A DNA stretch of 64,000 bases, taken from Haliotis rufescens (lineage: Eukaryota). The first letter of the stretch is position 1. Each line of letters begins with the position of its first letter. The position numbers and the translations under genes were made by a program. The notes beneath the pieces were generated by a model. It saw nothing but the letters and a program-made list of their open reading frames with translations. It was not told the origin of the DNA and made no database searches. The stretch is from NCBI RefSeq assembly GCF_023055435.1, contig NW_025963791.1:31620001-31684000 (forward strand), written 5' to 3'. This document shows positions 40,471 through 53,651 of this stretch, in pieces.

Positions 40471-41205
40471 TTACAGTATTTCTACATTTCATTCTACCAT
40501 GACATTGATGAATGCTTGATTCTGATTGATTAAAAAGAGGTTTCCTTTTTGCTACGGAAACCCCTTTCAAATATATTACAGTATCCGTACATTATCTGTG
40601 CATTATCCGTGCAGTATCAGTAAATTATACTGTTTCTACCTCTACTTTGAGCAGTATTTCTGGTATATCACGGCGTGCTTAAAGGAGGAAAACCCAAAGT
40701 GATGAATGTTTTCGACGGTTCCGTGTCATCACATCACTGGGTCTCTTCAGCTTCGACTTCACTAACCTCGTATTTAGAACGGTGCCACTTCCTATTGTCA
40801 CAGTTTGTATTGCGGTGTTTACTTTCGTTTTTTATACATCCGGGAAAAGGTTTGCGTTAGGGCTCAGACAAAATATGATTTTTGCTGTATTAATAATGTG
40901 CCTGTTGGTTTAGTTATTCCATAAGTACGTTTTACTTAATGCATAGTGGGACTACTGAAGTTACATGAGTGAGGCTTTGCAAGCTTATGAAAGGGATAAT
41001 TATAAAGCCTGAGTTCGAAAAAAGTTGCCATTAATATTGTTTTTGAGAGTTTTATTTTTCAACAGAGTTAATGCCCTTACTGCATAATTTTCAACATTAA
41101 CTTAATATGCTCATCACTATATAAACAAAAATAATTCTAATATACCCCTTTTCGGGGGACAGTGATAACGCTGTTTTCTTAATGATATATATCCTATGAG
41201 ATATA

Positions 41206-41362
41206 GTGAGTGAGTATGGTTTTACGCCACTGTTAGCAATATTCCAGCAATATCACGGCGGCGGGACACTAGAAACGGGCTTCACACATTGTACCCATGT
41301 CGGGAATCGAACCAGGATCTTTGGCGTGACGAGCAATCACTTTAACTTTAACCGACTGCCCC
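41206..41362 (-). mobile_element. SINE family A (insertion shared with 30490-30638)
   Basis: Same flanks and the same diagnostic variants (gggacactagaaacgggc, gaaccaggatct). Confidence 0.85.
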
Positions 41363-41844
41363 TATGAGATAAAGGATGATATGATATAAATATTTATATT
41401 ATTGCACGAGGTAAACAATAATCATACTGTAGTTTGAAGGACAAAAAGAGAGGTAATGGACTTGTATCATATAATGGCAAGTGTTATCGATGCGTTACAC
41501 CTATCTGATAAACGTGGTATCACGATCTTATAAATATATAAATGAGGTTTCCTTCGTATGTCTCGCGTCGTTAATGTCTTATATAAGGGATACACAAAGG
41601 CTCGCATAATGCAATTAATATTCCTAATATTTGATATTTACAACTCGCCCAATACTCTCTATGTATTCTATCAACTGGGTTTATGATTACCTCTATGCTA
41701 CAATTACAGATACCTTAGAAGCATGAATGATAATTAACAAAATTGATTGCTTATGTAATGAGTAAATTTTAGGGCTTCTTCATTTTTAGAGACTACGTGG
41801 CTATATATGTCACATGTTGGTTCATGACATGTGCCCTTGATGCA

Positions 41845-42900
41845 TGAGGGGTGTCTGAAAAGTTCTGAGCTGAACTGCAATACAGAACCCATGCGTTCCT
41901 TCCTTACAGGCTGCGTTTGAACCAAATACTCAACCAGGAAGCATATTTCGACAGGCATCAAAGTGACCAGGTGTTCTCTGTTGATGAAATGGAGATAATT
42001 AGAGTGAGTGAGTGAGTATGGTTTTACGCCGCTTTTAGCAATATTCCAGCAATATCACGGCGGGGGACACCAGAAATGGGCTTCACACATTGTACCCATG
42101 TCGGGAATCGAACCCGGGTCTTCGGCGTGACGAGCGAACGCTTTAACCACTAGGCTACCCGACCGCCCCTGGAGATAATTACACCAGCAACTCATCCATG
42201 CATGGGGACAAAGTGGCAACTAAGGGGATTATTTTTCTTCCTTTGCCCCTGTTTCCAGCTGTCCAGAGGAGTTCAAGAGATGAAGAAAGAGCCCCGAAGA
42301 TGAACCCAGATCAGGATCGAAGACTCTCAACTTCCATCACAACGGGAAATGTTGATGAAATACATGACATGATTATGGGTGATCAACTCACTTCACAACA
42401 CACAGTACAGTTTGAGTACATTCTGAGAAATGAACTGGCATGAATCGTCTGATTAGAAACGCTCCACTTTCGTCATCTCTTGTGGGAATTTAGGTAATTC
42501 TGAAGCGGATCTAGCTGATTTTGTTTAGCGATTTGTAACCATGGGTAAGTCTTGAGTTCACTACTATCAGCCAGAGACTAGACAACAGTCAGCGCCGTGG
42601 AAACATCTGATGTCCCTTCCTTCGAACATTCTCCTTTGCTACCATTTCGCACGGTCAGACTTCTACCTGTACCCAAACTCAGAGACCATATGGGGTATAT
42701 GGTCTCTGCCAAACTTGAAGAAAGATCTATCTGGCAAGCATGATGCAAAATGATGATGACGTCAAGTCTGCTGTCGAGGTTATTTTACACCATTAGGAGG
42801 AAGCCATCCATACCACTGGGAATCAGGTACTCCATCATCGTTGACAGAAGCGTGTGTACCTCGGAGGGGAGTATGCTGAAAAATAATTATGAACCGATTT
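41845..42900 (+). mobile_element. Decayed mariner remnant (third paralog) with a SINE insertion and deletions
   Basis: TIR gaggggtgtctgaaaagttctgagc; fragments GNVDEIHDMIMGDQ and SDFYLYPN. Confidence 0.75.
42002..42169 (-). mobile_element. Young SINE family A copy, private to this unit
   Basis: TSD tggagataatta (41990-42001 / 42170-42181); intact A/B boxes; (gagt)n tail. Confidence 0.92.
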
Positions 42901-43039
42901 CATCTCTATATAGAAATTGATGCTTGATGACAGAAAGGTCATGCGTCTTAACTGAAATGCTTAAGCGTACTATCCCAGAAAATAAACGATGTCAAATCAT
43001 TAGCATGCACCATATATGAGCATATCATGCCGGGCTATT

Positions 43040-43700
43040 GATTGGTCATGTGAGGGACTTGCTGACGTCAGGACGACCACGGAAGAACAGTGGCAGAGAG
43101 AAGAGGGTCTTTTAACGCAAGGCAAAACGGGTTCCAACTTCAACTTGCGCTGTTCTTAGTCATCCCACCAACAACAGTGTCCCTTGGCACCTTCAGGTGT
43201 CAACTGAATGCAGCAGGATTAAGGGTCAGAAGACCATTAACAGGCCCACCCCTCTCACTACAACGCATTCGGGACCGTTTAGCAGAGTGTCAGACTAGAG
43301 TATACTGGAACGTCATGGAGGAGGATTCGTTGGTCTGAGTGAGTGAGTGAGTGAGTATGGTTTTACGCCACTTTTAACAATATTCCAGCAATATCGCAGC
43401 GGGGGACACCAGAAATGGGCTTCACAAATTGTACCCATGTCGGGAATCGAACCCGGGTCTTCGGCGTGACGAGCGAACGCTTTAACCACTGGGCTACCCG
43501 ACCGGCCCTCGTTGGTCTGACAAGAGTCGGGTCTTATTGCACCACACTGATGGTAGGACTCGTGCCTGAAGGCATATGGGAACATCCAGGAAACATCCAG
43601 GAAACAGTGGCATGTGGGGGCGGATCAGTGATTGTATGGGGTTGCTGGTCCTTTGATTGTAAACTTGATTTGGTCACAGTTCAGTTCAGCGGACATTAAA
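43040..43700 (+). mobile_element. Decayed Tc1-like remnant interrupted by a family A SINE (43339-43508)
   Basis: QETVACGGGSVIVWGCWSFDCKLDL fragment; SINE with TSD tcgttggtctga. Confidence 0.75.
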
Positions 43701-43801
43701 TGGACAATAGCCAGACCCCAACAGCACGAGCTGTGACTGACCAGCAATCACTGTAAAGTTTGAACACAAACTGAGATTAATACTTTGACTTCATGAGTTT
43801 C

Positions 43802-44067
43802 ACCCGTGAAGATCCAGGTTAGAATATATATAGGTATTCTGAAACCCATGCTTGCCACAAAAGGCGACTATGCTTGTAAGAGGCGACTAACGGGTTCTCA
43901 GGCTCGCAGGCTCGCTGACTTGGTTGATGTATGTCATCGTATCCAAATTGCGTAGATAGATGCTCATGATATCAATCACTGGGTTGTCTGGTCCAGACAC
44001 CATTATTTACAGACCGCCGTCATATAGCTGGAGTATTGCTGAGTGCGGCGTTAAACAACAAACAAAC
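43802..44067 (+). mobile_element. Retroposon family C copy
   Basis: acccgtgaagatccaggttagaat..gtaagaggcgactaacggg..gctggagtattgctgagtgcggcgttaaacaacaaac. Confidence 0.78.
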
Positions 44068-44895
44068 CGAGTATACTGCGGTTTCTGTATAGGTGTTGAG
44101 AGCAAGACGAAGAAACAGTAGGCAGCACATTGAATCTTCTTAATTATACAGCAAGGATTTATTTCTTGACATGGGGAATTTGGTCCATTGCATAATTAAT
44201 AATTCGCATAAGGATTGACGCACTTAATGCGTACCAGGTATTAACATTCAAGATCAGAATATTTCTGCATTGTCAGGGCAAAGTAACAATGCTGTTTGTC
44301 ATCACCGATTAAATTTCAAATAAACAGAAAAGTCTTCGTACATTTCTTGTCACAATTATGGTGTGTGTTCCAGTTCAAACGGCGGATTTCATCGTGGAAC
44401 AAAATAGATTGGATCTTATCTTGAGGAGAATGTTGAATCCACGTACAGAGAAAGCTATCGTACGTATTTTAGATTTCAACAAATTGGAGTTGATTATGAT
44501 CGAATTAAAAACTGTCCCACAAAATAACCCCTGCCGTTGTTTTTTTCTACACTGGGACCAGGGAGCATGTAAAGTCCTTTCAATGGCTATGTTATTGCCG
44601 AAATCGTTGTAAAAATATAACCGCTCACTCTTTCACCATTTTCACTTTCACTCATATTCACTTTCACTCTGGCATATCATTGTGTTTAAATTGTATGGGC
44701 AATGTTAAGTAATGTTATTCCTTTTGTGACCAAATGAGTGAAAAAGTGGCAACCCAGGTTTTGGTGAAGACTTTATTTGATACTGAGTGTTCTATACATT
44801 GACTGGATCTATTTTCTCCACACCATTTTCACATAAATATTTCAAGAGTAACCCAATGCACATCACTGGAATAAACCTTCAGTTTTTGTTTTCTA

Positions 44896-47175
44896 TCAGA
44901 CTAACATATACTCTTTCACTTCCGTGTTTGTACTCAGAAAGAGGAATCCGTATTTATCACAGAATATATCACGGTTGTCTTTTGAAATTAGGACATCCCT
45001 GACATACTCCCCCGTCTCTGTCAGTTGCATCACCTTGTTGGTGTTCCTGTCTACAAGCAGGATGTCTCCTGTGCCGGTAGTTGAGATACCACAAGGTCTG
45101 AGTGCTCTGTCTCCGGTAGGGGCGTATCTCCACACAACACCCCCCTCTGACGTCAGACATGTCACAGACTTATTCCACCAGTCAGACACGAGTATGTTGC
45201 CCTTGTTGTTGACACACATGTACCAGGGATAGTCAAAAAGTGTCTCATCGTTGTGTTTAGTGACTGACCTCAGCACGTGTCCCGCCATGTCCAGGATGTC
45301 AACACAGGCCACACCACCTGCTGCTAGAGATGATGGACTCAGTACAGCAAGACTGTAGTAATCCTTGCTTGTTGTGATGGTTGAGAGCAGCACGAGGTCA
45401 GGAGTCACTTCTACAATGTGTAAGGAAGAAGGGACAGCAACCATCACCTGGTTCTCCTTCAACTGTGTTACACCATGGGTAGAGTTATCCAGGGGAAGTC
45501 TACAATGACATAGTTGATTGTTTCTTGTGTACAAAGATTTCACACACTTGTTCTCCGTGTCATTGACTACAACTGTCTGTATACCGTCTACAACCAGGAC
45601 TGTGACGTCACTTAGAAAGGGGTGCTTCTTATCATCCGCCATCCTCCCATCTATCTGGTCAACTAGGCCTAGAGACGGCAGACATGTGCCCTCATCCTGG
45701 TATGTGACGTCAATCTTCCCCAGCTGTAGGTCATCTAGGATGTGCTGGACGTTGTCAGTGTCAGGTGTGAACCTGATGTCATCTATTCTCCGTGTGTCTG
45801 CTGTGTCTGTGTCCCTGACATCCCCCAAGTCTACAGCCCCCGACTCCCAGGCCTGATACGCGTCATACAGGTCCATCTCACAGTCCGATACCAAGGCCTG
45901 GTCAATGAACTCACAATGTTGTCTGTACATCTGCATCTCAATCTCGTCAAGCTTCACACCAGAGCGGAGTCGGCCGGCGTACGTCTGTGTTATGTGATTC
46001 AGTTCATCCAAGAGTTGTGTTTCTTTCTCTTTAATCTTGTTTATAGCTGTTTGACAGATTGATTTAATATTGTTTACAGTTGTCTCTGTGATTCTTGAAC
46101 TATTTCGTAGTTTCTCGTTTTTCACCTCTACCTTCTTCGACCTCACCTTCAGTCTCTTACCCATGACAAATCTCTTCTCCAGCAGTACTGTCTCCATCTC
46201 TGGCTTCATAGACTCAATGGTGACGACAGTTTTACAAGCTCTGTGGTAGATGATACAGCATGTCTGACAAGCAGCCTTCTGACAGTCTTTACAGTGGAAC
46301 TCTACATTGTTACTCTTATGTTCTGAACACTTGACCCTCCGCCTGCCCTTTGACCTAGATGACAGGTCACACAGATCATGGTTCTGTGACATAGGGCTCA
46401 TCCGGTGTGTCTTCACACATCTGTCACAGAGGGCCACTTCACACTCAGGACACCACAAGGCACCTGGAGTTGTCTCCCCTATTTTCTGACAGATCGTGCA
46501 GTATGTGCTTGACGTCTCTGTGAACAGAAAAACGAACGTATTGTTTCTAAAAAACAAAACAATATGGGAATGCTAAGCATGTAAACAGTCTTTATTTTAA
46601 GTTCAATAACCGATCCAACTTGATGAACTATTTCAAGTTTCAATTTCTCATGAAAAAATACTATATCATAAACACAGGTGATTAAATCAACTTAAATATT
46701 ACAACTGGTTGTAGTTTCTCTTGTTCACTTGGCTAACCTTCCACCAAATAATTCATCAAACTGGATTGACATTATTTCTGATTAATACGTTTTAAGATCT
46801 TTTTGTCATAAATTTATCTTTTCTTGAACATGATAAACTGATCGATATGAATGTTACTTCTGGTTGAACTTAACCTGGTACATCTCCCTCGGCCCCGAGA
46901 GTGTCAATCAGCCCCTGTATAATGATGCTGGGTTTGATCTGCCCCGCCCACTCCTCCACTGGCCGGCTGGGGTGGGGGACCTTGGTATCTTGTCGACAGA
47001 AGGCACAGGGGATCGTCTTGGACTGTACAGCATCTGGTCTGGTTTGGATGTACTTGATGACACATTTCCTGCAGAATGTGTGATCACACCTCAGTGTACA
47101 GGGGTCTGTGTACAGTTCCTGGCAGATCACACAGGTGAGGAATTCCATCACTTTCTCATTCTGGGATGTCGCCAT
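44896..47175 (-). CDS. TRIM RING-Bbox-Bbox-CC-NHL gene copy 5, 640 aa spliced
   Basis: Exons 47175-46875 (301 nt) and 46517-44896, phase-1 GT-AG intron, open frame; same domains as copy 3. Confidence 0.9.
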
Positions 47176-48814
47176 CTGAAAAACCAGAATTGAAGGTCAC
47201 ATAATCATTTTTCAATTTTTCAAAATACATTTTTTCTGGTGAAGTTCGTAGGTCTCTGTAATGGGGCAATGTGTATTTTGGTTCGCACATCTTGAAAATG
47301 TCTTGTTGTAAGCCACTTGGGACTTACCTTCCGCACCAAGCTGACATAACTGAAATACTGTTCAAAGTGGCACATGTCCAAACTCATTCACGTGTTGAGT
47401 GCGTCATTAAATATGTTGAGACATCTGTTATTGATAGTCGAATGTGTAGTTTGTCTCAATGTTGTTTCTTCACCATCAACATCACATGTCAACTACATCA
47501 TAGTGATCTGTAGTATGTCCAGGTTCGACCACTCAAACCATCAGCAGCTACCATCGTAATAAGGTTTATTCTTCATATAAAATCAACTGCATTTTATCAT
47601 AAAAGCTGAAAAAATCCGTTTACTGTTTGTCACATCACATATAATTCCTTGTTCCAAAAGTGACAGTGAAAAAATATGTCGAGTGTCCACCAGACAACCC
47701 CACAGCTGCTGGTATGACAAACATTGAGTCCAGAGGTCAGGGTACGATCACACATTGTAAGAAACTGTTCCAATTGAGTCGCACTTGTGACAAGCTTTGG
47801 TTACTTGAGATATATTTTCAGCCACAAGGGGGATAGTCTCTCAGTAAATCAGACTTTAATATTCTTTTCAAATCAACTTGAAGATATAAATATGTGTTCC
47901 TAAATTGTCTATATTGACCCTTCCATAGTGCTATATAAATACATATATTGATATAACGCCAAACAAGGCTTTTCCGAAACGTGGGTCTAGATCTCTATAT
48001 ATGTTTATCCTTGTATTTGAACTAAACATTTCCCTCATTATAGTTGAACTCATTATCGTAATGACTTACTGGCTCTGCTATAAGAACAAGCTTGTTGTTT
48101 CCGCACAATACAGGATTTACCTGCAGAGATGAACTAAAACTGAATATATGAATTATTGTGTTATTGTGAGGTCAGGCTTAATTGATGCCAAATTAAACTC
48201 TCGCGGGTGTGACATTATCGATCTTATTTGAAATACGCACGTGTTTCCTATTAAAGTTTTAAAAACTACCAACGGCCATAATAAATTAATAAATTTTGTT
48301 AACACCAAGCCTTCCTTTACAATTAATAGGCACACCGATCCACCCTTTTCACAATACAAGGCAGGTAACTAAACGTTAGTTTTCGAGACTTATGTGTCAG
48401 TACTGCTGTGTCAGGGACCATATAATCTATTACATGGTCCCTGAAATAACCTTATCCCGCCAAAATACACAGCTGTGCATGGAGTTAACTACAAAGAAAT
48501 GTTTGGGCCGAGACATTAAACTGCCCTCCCTCTTACTGTGCTGCAAAACGACCATATGTCGTAAACGTTTCTTTACTTATAAGCAGCAGAATCTCTGTAC
48601 TTGTACGCAACAGGCGTAATTCAAAGTTAACATTGTTATTATTACTTTCACCCAAATCACTATCATGTCACTGGATTTTCTGGTTCACCGATCACTTGAT
48701 TATCTGAATTGTTTACAGGCCACCGCCGCATGGCAGTAGAACCTCTTTGCGGAGTCAGGCAATATATACTTACTTTTTAATGCAAGTCGGCGGATAATCT
48801 AGACAGGTTATTCG

Positions 48815-48960
48815 TCCTGGACTGTACAGCATCTGGTCTGGTTGGATGTACAGAAAGTTTTGTGGCAGGTCAGTTTGCACGGGTTTGTGTACGTCTCGAT
48901 GCAGATAGAGCACAGCAGGAAACTATCTTTCACTCTCTTCCCGAGCCGGGCGGTAGCAAG
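48815..48960 (-). pseudogene. Decayed RING exon of the copy-1 (MATARLG) subtype
   Basis: ATARLGKRVKDSFLLCSICIETYTNPCKLTCHKTFC; ATG and acceptor lost; frameshifted and truncated afterwards. Confidence 0.8.
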
Positions 48961-50650
48961 AACGACGTCATGTATGTTTTGACAACAGCAGCTACTATAC
49001 AAAGATATTTGTTACACCCTAAGCGGGCGACAAGCTTCTGTCAATGGGGCATACTGTGTCACGTTTCAATACACACAAGATCACTTGTAAATGGAAACTG
49101 CGTCGCCTTGTAAACACAATATAGCCGTAAGCAAAGTTGTCCACTCACTTTTGTGAATTTCCATTATAAAGGTTGTATTGGTTCAATCATTATAATGCAT
49201 GCACCAATAGTCGTACCAAATTGAATTTTAATAGATCCAAGAACGTCTTAGCCATAGAATCAGTTGTTCCCACAACACAATTACAACTGTTCTATGACCA
49301 ATCAAACCACGTGTCCCTCCTCACCGTCGTCCTCTAACAGAGAATGAGAACAAACACAGCAGGACTACACCGACTTGTTATAAAAGGTGTAATAAATACG
49401 TCATTCAATAGCACAACTTCGATTGCATAGAATACTGGCCTCGATAGTTCAACAAAATATGAATTAGCTTTATATATTTCAATTGAGTCACAGTTCTGCT
49501 CAGTCGATCTTCACGCCTGAAGTCACTCAGTATGTCTGAAGGAAATGACATGTGGTCATGTATAGACCTATTGGTGTTTATGTGGAGTTAAGACAATCTG
49601 TTGAAGTATATAGGATACTTTCAGTTAACAAATGCAAACCAAATTTGATGAGAATTTTAAAATAGACCGAGCCAAGACTATTTATATAGAACGCCTATAC
49701 ATGTCTCCTCATTGCCTTAGATGCACACACGTCAACAAAACGCCTACAAATGTCTCCTCACTGCCTTAGATGCACACACCTCAACAGAACAACTATACAT
49801 GTCTCCTTACTGCCTTAGATGCACACACGTCAACAGAAAGCCTACACATGTCTCCTCACTGCCTTAGATGCGCACACCTCAACAGAACGCCTACACATGT
49901 CTCCTTACTGCCTTAGATGCACACACCTCAACAGAACGCCTACACATGTCTCCTCACTGCCTTAGATGCACACATCTCAACAGAACGCCTACACATGTCT
50001 CCTCGCTGCCTTAGATGCACACACCTCAACAGAACGCCTACACATGTCTCCTCACTGCCTTAGATGCAAACACCTCAACAGAACGCCTACACATGTCTCC
50101 TCACTGCCTTAGATGCAAACACCTCAACAGAACGCCTACACATGTCTCCTCACTACCTTAGATGCACTCACCTCAACAGAACGCCTACACATGTCTCCTT
50201 ACTGCCTTAGATGCACACACCTCAACAGAACGCCTACACATGTCTACTCATTGCCTTAGATGCACACACCTCAACAGAACGCCTACACATGTCTCCTCAC
50301 TGCCTTAGATGCAAACACCTCAACAGAACAACTATACATGTCTCCTTACTGCCTTAGATGCACACACGTCAACAGAAAGCCTACACATGTCTCCTCACTG
50401 CCTTAGATGCGCACACCTCAACAGAACGCCTACACATGTCTCCTCACTGCCTTAGATGCACACACCTCAACAGAACGCCTACACATGTCTCCTCACTGCC
50501 TTAGATGCACACATCTCAACAGAACGCCTACACATGTCTCCTCACTGCCTTAGATGCAAGCACCTCAACAGAACGCCTACACATGTCTCCTCACTGCCTT
50601 AGATGCAAACACCTCAACAGAACGCCTGCACATGTCTCCTCACTGCCTTA

Positions 50651-53600
50651 AGGGGCATTCACACGGTACAACTAGTGGTATACAACTTGTTGTATGCAAT
50701 TAGTTGCACAAACTAAAGTTGTATACAACTCGGCATTCACACGGCGGCGAGTTGCATACAACTCGGGTCTCGCGAGATCTCTGACAAAAAGCTTGTGATT
50801 GACTACACTATCGCTGGAATCTTGGTTGCCGAGTTAATGTTCAGACGCATTGCTTTGAAAAATCAACGCTGTGCGAGAATTGCGGTCGCGCGGTACTGGA
50901 CCAACCTCTGACTTTGCAATTTAACGGACTTGTATAATATTGAATTTTTAACCCCATGATGGAAAATTAAATGTATAACGTGACACATTCGATACGAAAA
51001 CGTACTTGTTTTGTGTCGAAAACAAATTTTCCGTTACATGATGTCAAAACACGAGGGCGATGCCCACATGTACAAAGACAAAAAAAACCAACGCAATTCC
51101 TAGTCATTGCAAAACTCAGTATCCGTCATGTCCGTGGTGAGCATCTGCTTTGGCTCAGGACAATATATTCTAGTATCTTTTTGTTTATGTGTATCTACAA
51201 AGTTCCAACAAAGCTATCGATTTTAATAACCACATCAGTTCCTTTTCTGGGACATTGAATGATTGTCATCCAAAATGTCCTGAAGACATATTTCAGATTT
51301 TGTTATGATATAGAAGAATGAACTATAAAAATCCTGAAAGTGCCCTTTGGCCAGTTGAAACCAGATACTTTTAGCTTATTTCCCAATTTATAAGAAACGT
51401 TGGAATCGGTAACACAAAAAAGTAACAGTATATTACCAATTATATTCGGGTATAGTATGGAAAATTTCGATTAAAAGAACAGAATGTTGCGCTTATCACT
51501 ACAACAGCTCCACAACCCCTCCACCCCCCAGCAACGCACACCCAAACCCCAACAGACCATGACCCACCTCCACCCATGAATCTCAAATGGTCGGCCCCTA
51601 TTTTGAAACGCGCACCTGATGCAATCTTTAGCTGTCAATGTTCCGCCAATTAAACGTTAAAATCCAAATGTAAGACAAGTAGTTGTCCACACTTGAGTTA
51701 TACATTAATAAAAATATAACGTGGCGAATTTCCTTCAGGTATACATTTACTTTAACTTAAGAAATGAAGAGCCTGTTTTATTAACCTATCTATATAAATT
51801 TGCCACAATTAATATTTAACAATTCTCCAAAGGAAATATGTATATGCTGCAGTGTGCTACATTTACAAAGCACCTTATGGGAAGGATAACACGATGAATG
51901 TCTATGACCAAACAAACAGCTGTTTATTATGAGTTTTATAAATTCTATGGCATTTTAGATTATATTAATAACAGTACTGCATACAGTGCATTATGTTGCT
52001 GGGTGAAACGATATTGAAGAGATATTCAAATTATAATTCAAGATTGAAACAGTAAACTACTTCATGAACTGAATGCGTTGTGTACTAGTTCACCCGCACC
52101 TCAAAGAAAATAACAAATATGTACAACGATGTTGATGCTGACGTATACTAATATGACATCACTACCGGTAACCCTCCGTCATAACTTAGCGAGTTCACTG
52201 ATAGCAGTACGCGGAATGTTTGGTGTAGTTTTACCGTGATGCTGGGATCACATACATACATAAATGAGTCATGTAAGTTAAGTAATCAGAATCAATCTGA
52301 AATCAACAAGTTCTGTTTGTTTTTATGTTTCTATTCTCGCCTTGATACTACGTGGAAAGGCAGACCAATACCGTCGTCAGTGTGCGTGATTTTGCGTCAA
52401 TCATGGCGGCACGTTGAACGATTTCTGTTGACTTTTTCCAAATAAGTATCTTGACTCTAATTATTAATTCCTCAATTCTTGCAACGATTATCGACCCAAG
52501 CATATTCGTAATAAACTGAGCTAATATATGCAACAAATTGACGACCGAATCTCTCGGAATAGTAAAATGTCAAGTAAAACTAGAAGTTTGCTTTGTTTAC
52601 ATTTTTAAATGAGAAGGCCCACTGGTAGGTTTCAGAGCACAGGGTTTGGTTTCACACTTGAATATTGCGGTTGATTTCATTTGGACCGTTTGTATTAGTG
52701 ACTTAGACAAAATGTCAATTGATTCTTAATGGTATGATGAATTCAGAGATGTATGTATAGTAGCTGAGTGTGAAATACATGTGATGTGACAGGCATCTCG
52801 CCTGACGCGAAAAGAACCGTGATTTTGCAACGCTATCCAACATGGAGGTTCGGTCCAGAGTTTTTATATTTCGAAAACAAATATATAGGGTTATTGGAGT
52901 CTTTTCGGAATGAAGATTGGTGTTTTGACAAAGAGCAGACACCCAATGGTTTTGTAATGGAACTTCTCATGTAGCTATACGTTATTTGAATAAATAATCA
53001 CATTTAGAACAGTGAATTGGTAAAATGCGAAAATGGCATTTTTTTCGTTGTACACTATTTTCAGATGTTGTTAGTGATACAGATGCTTTGGCTAAAATAG
53101 TTGTTAATGGCATCATATTATAGATACTTTTCCACAGAATCTAAAACTGTGACGTTTATTTGTGTGTATGATGTATTTTAAGTTTTAGAAACGTATTATG
53201 GACCTTATCTCATCTTGGTCTACACTACAGTGAACAGTCACATAGCCATCGTCGTTTCAAATAACACCATGAACAGTTAACCAGGAGAATTAGATCGATG
53301 CAAATGTCAAAATATATAATTTGGTACAGTGGTATTCTACGTACCTACTTTATATAGGTCCTTTATTGAGTGGTGACACTTAGGATACCGAAAACAGAGG
53401 TTACCGACGTGAATCGGAGTCGCCATTTTTGTGTACAAATTGACGTGTAAATGTCACGTGATTTTCATACGCGTTTTGATTGGCTGCGTTCATACAACTT
53501 GTCGCATGAAAATAGAGCATGTCCTATTTGGTACAACTCGCGTCCAACAAGTTGCATACGTCAAAAGTTGGACCGACTTGCCCGTTCACACGATGCAATG

Positions 53601-53651
53601 TGTTGCATGCAACAAATTGTATACAACTAGTTGTACCGTGTGAATGCCCCT
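50651..53651. mobile_element. Non-autonomous DNA transposon, PIF/Harbinger-type (3001 bp)
   Basis: ~50-bp TIRs aggggcattcacacggtacaactagtKgtatacaaYttgttgYatgcaa; 3-bp TSD TTA at 50648-50650 and 53652-53654; no transposase ORF. Confidence 0.85.

Noticed and set aside
39664-40519. 207-261-aa plus-strand ORFs (IRTLSVHYP repeats)
   Set aside because: Translations of a minisatellite, open in all three frames.
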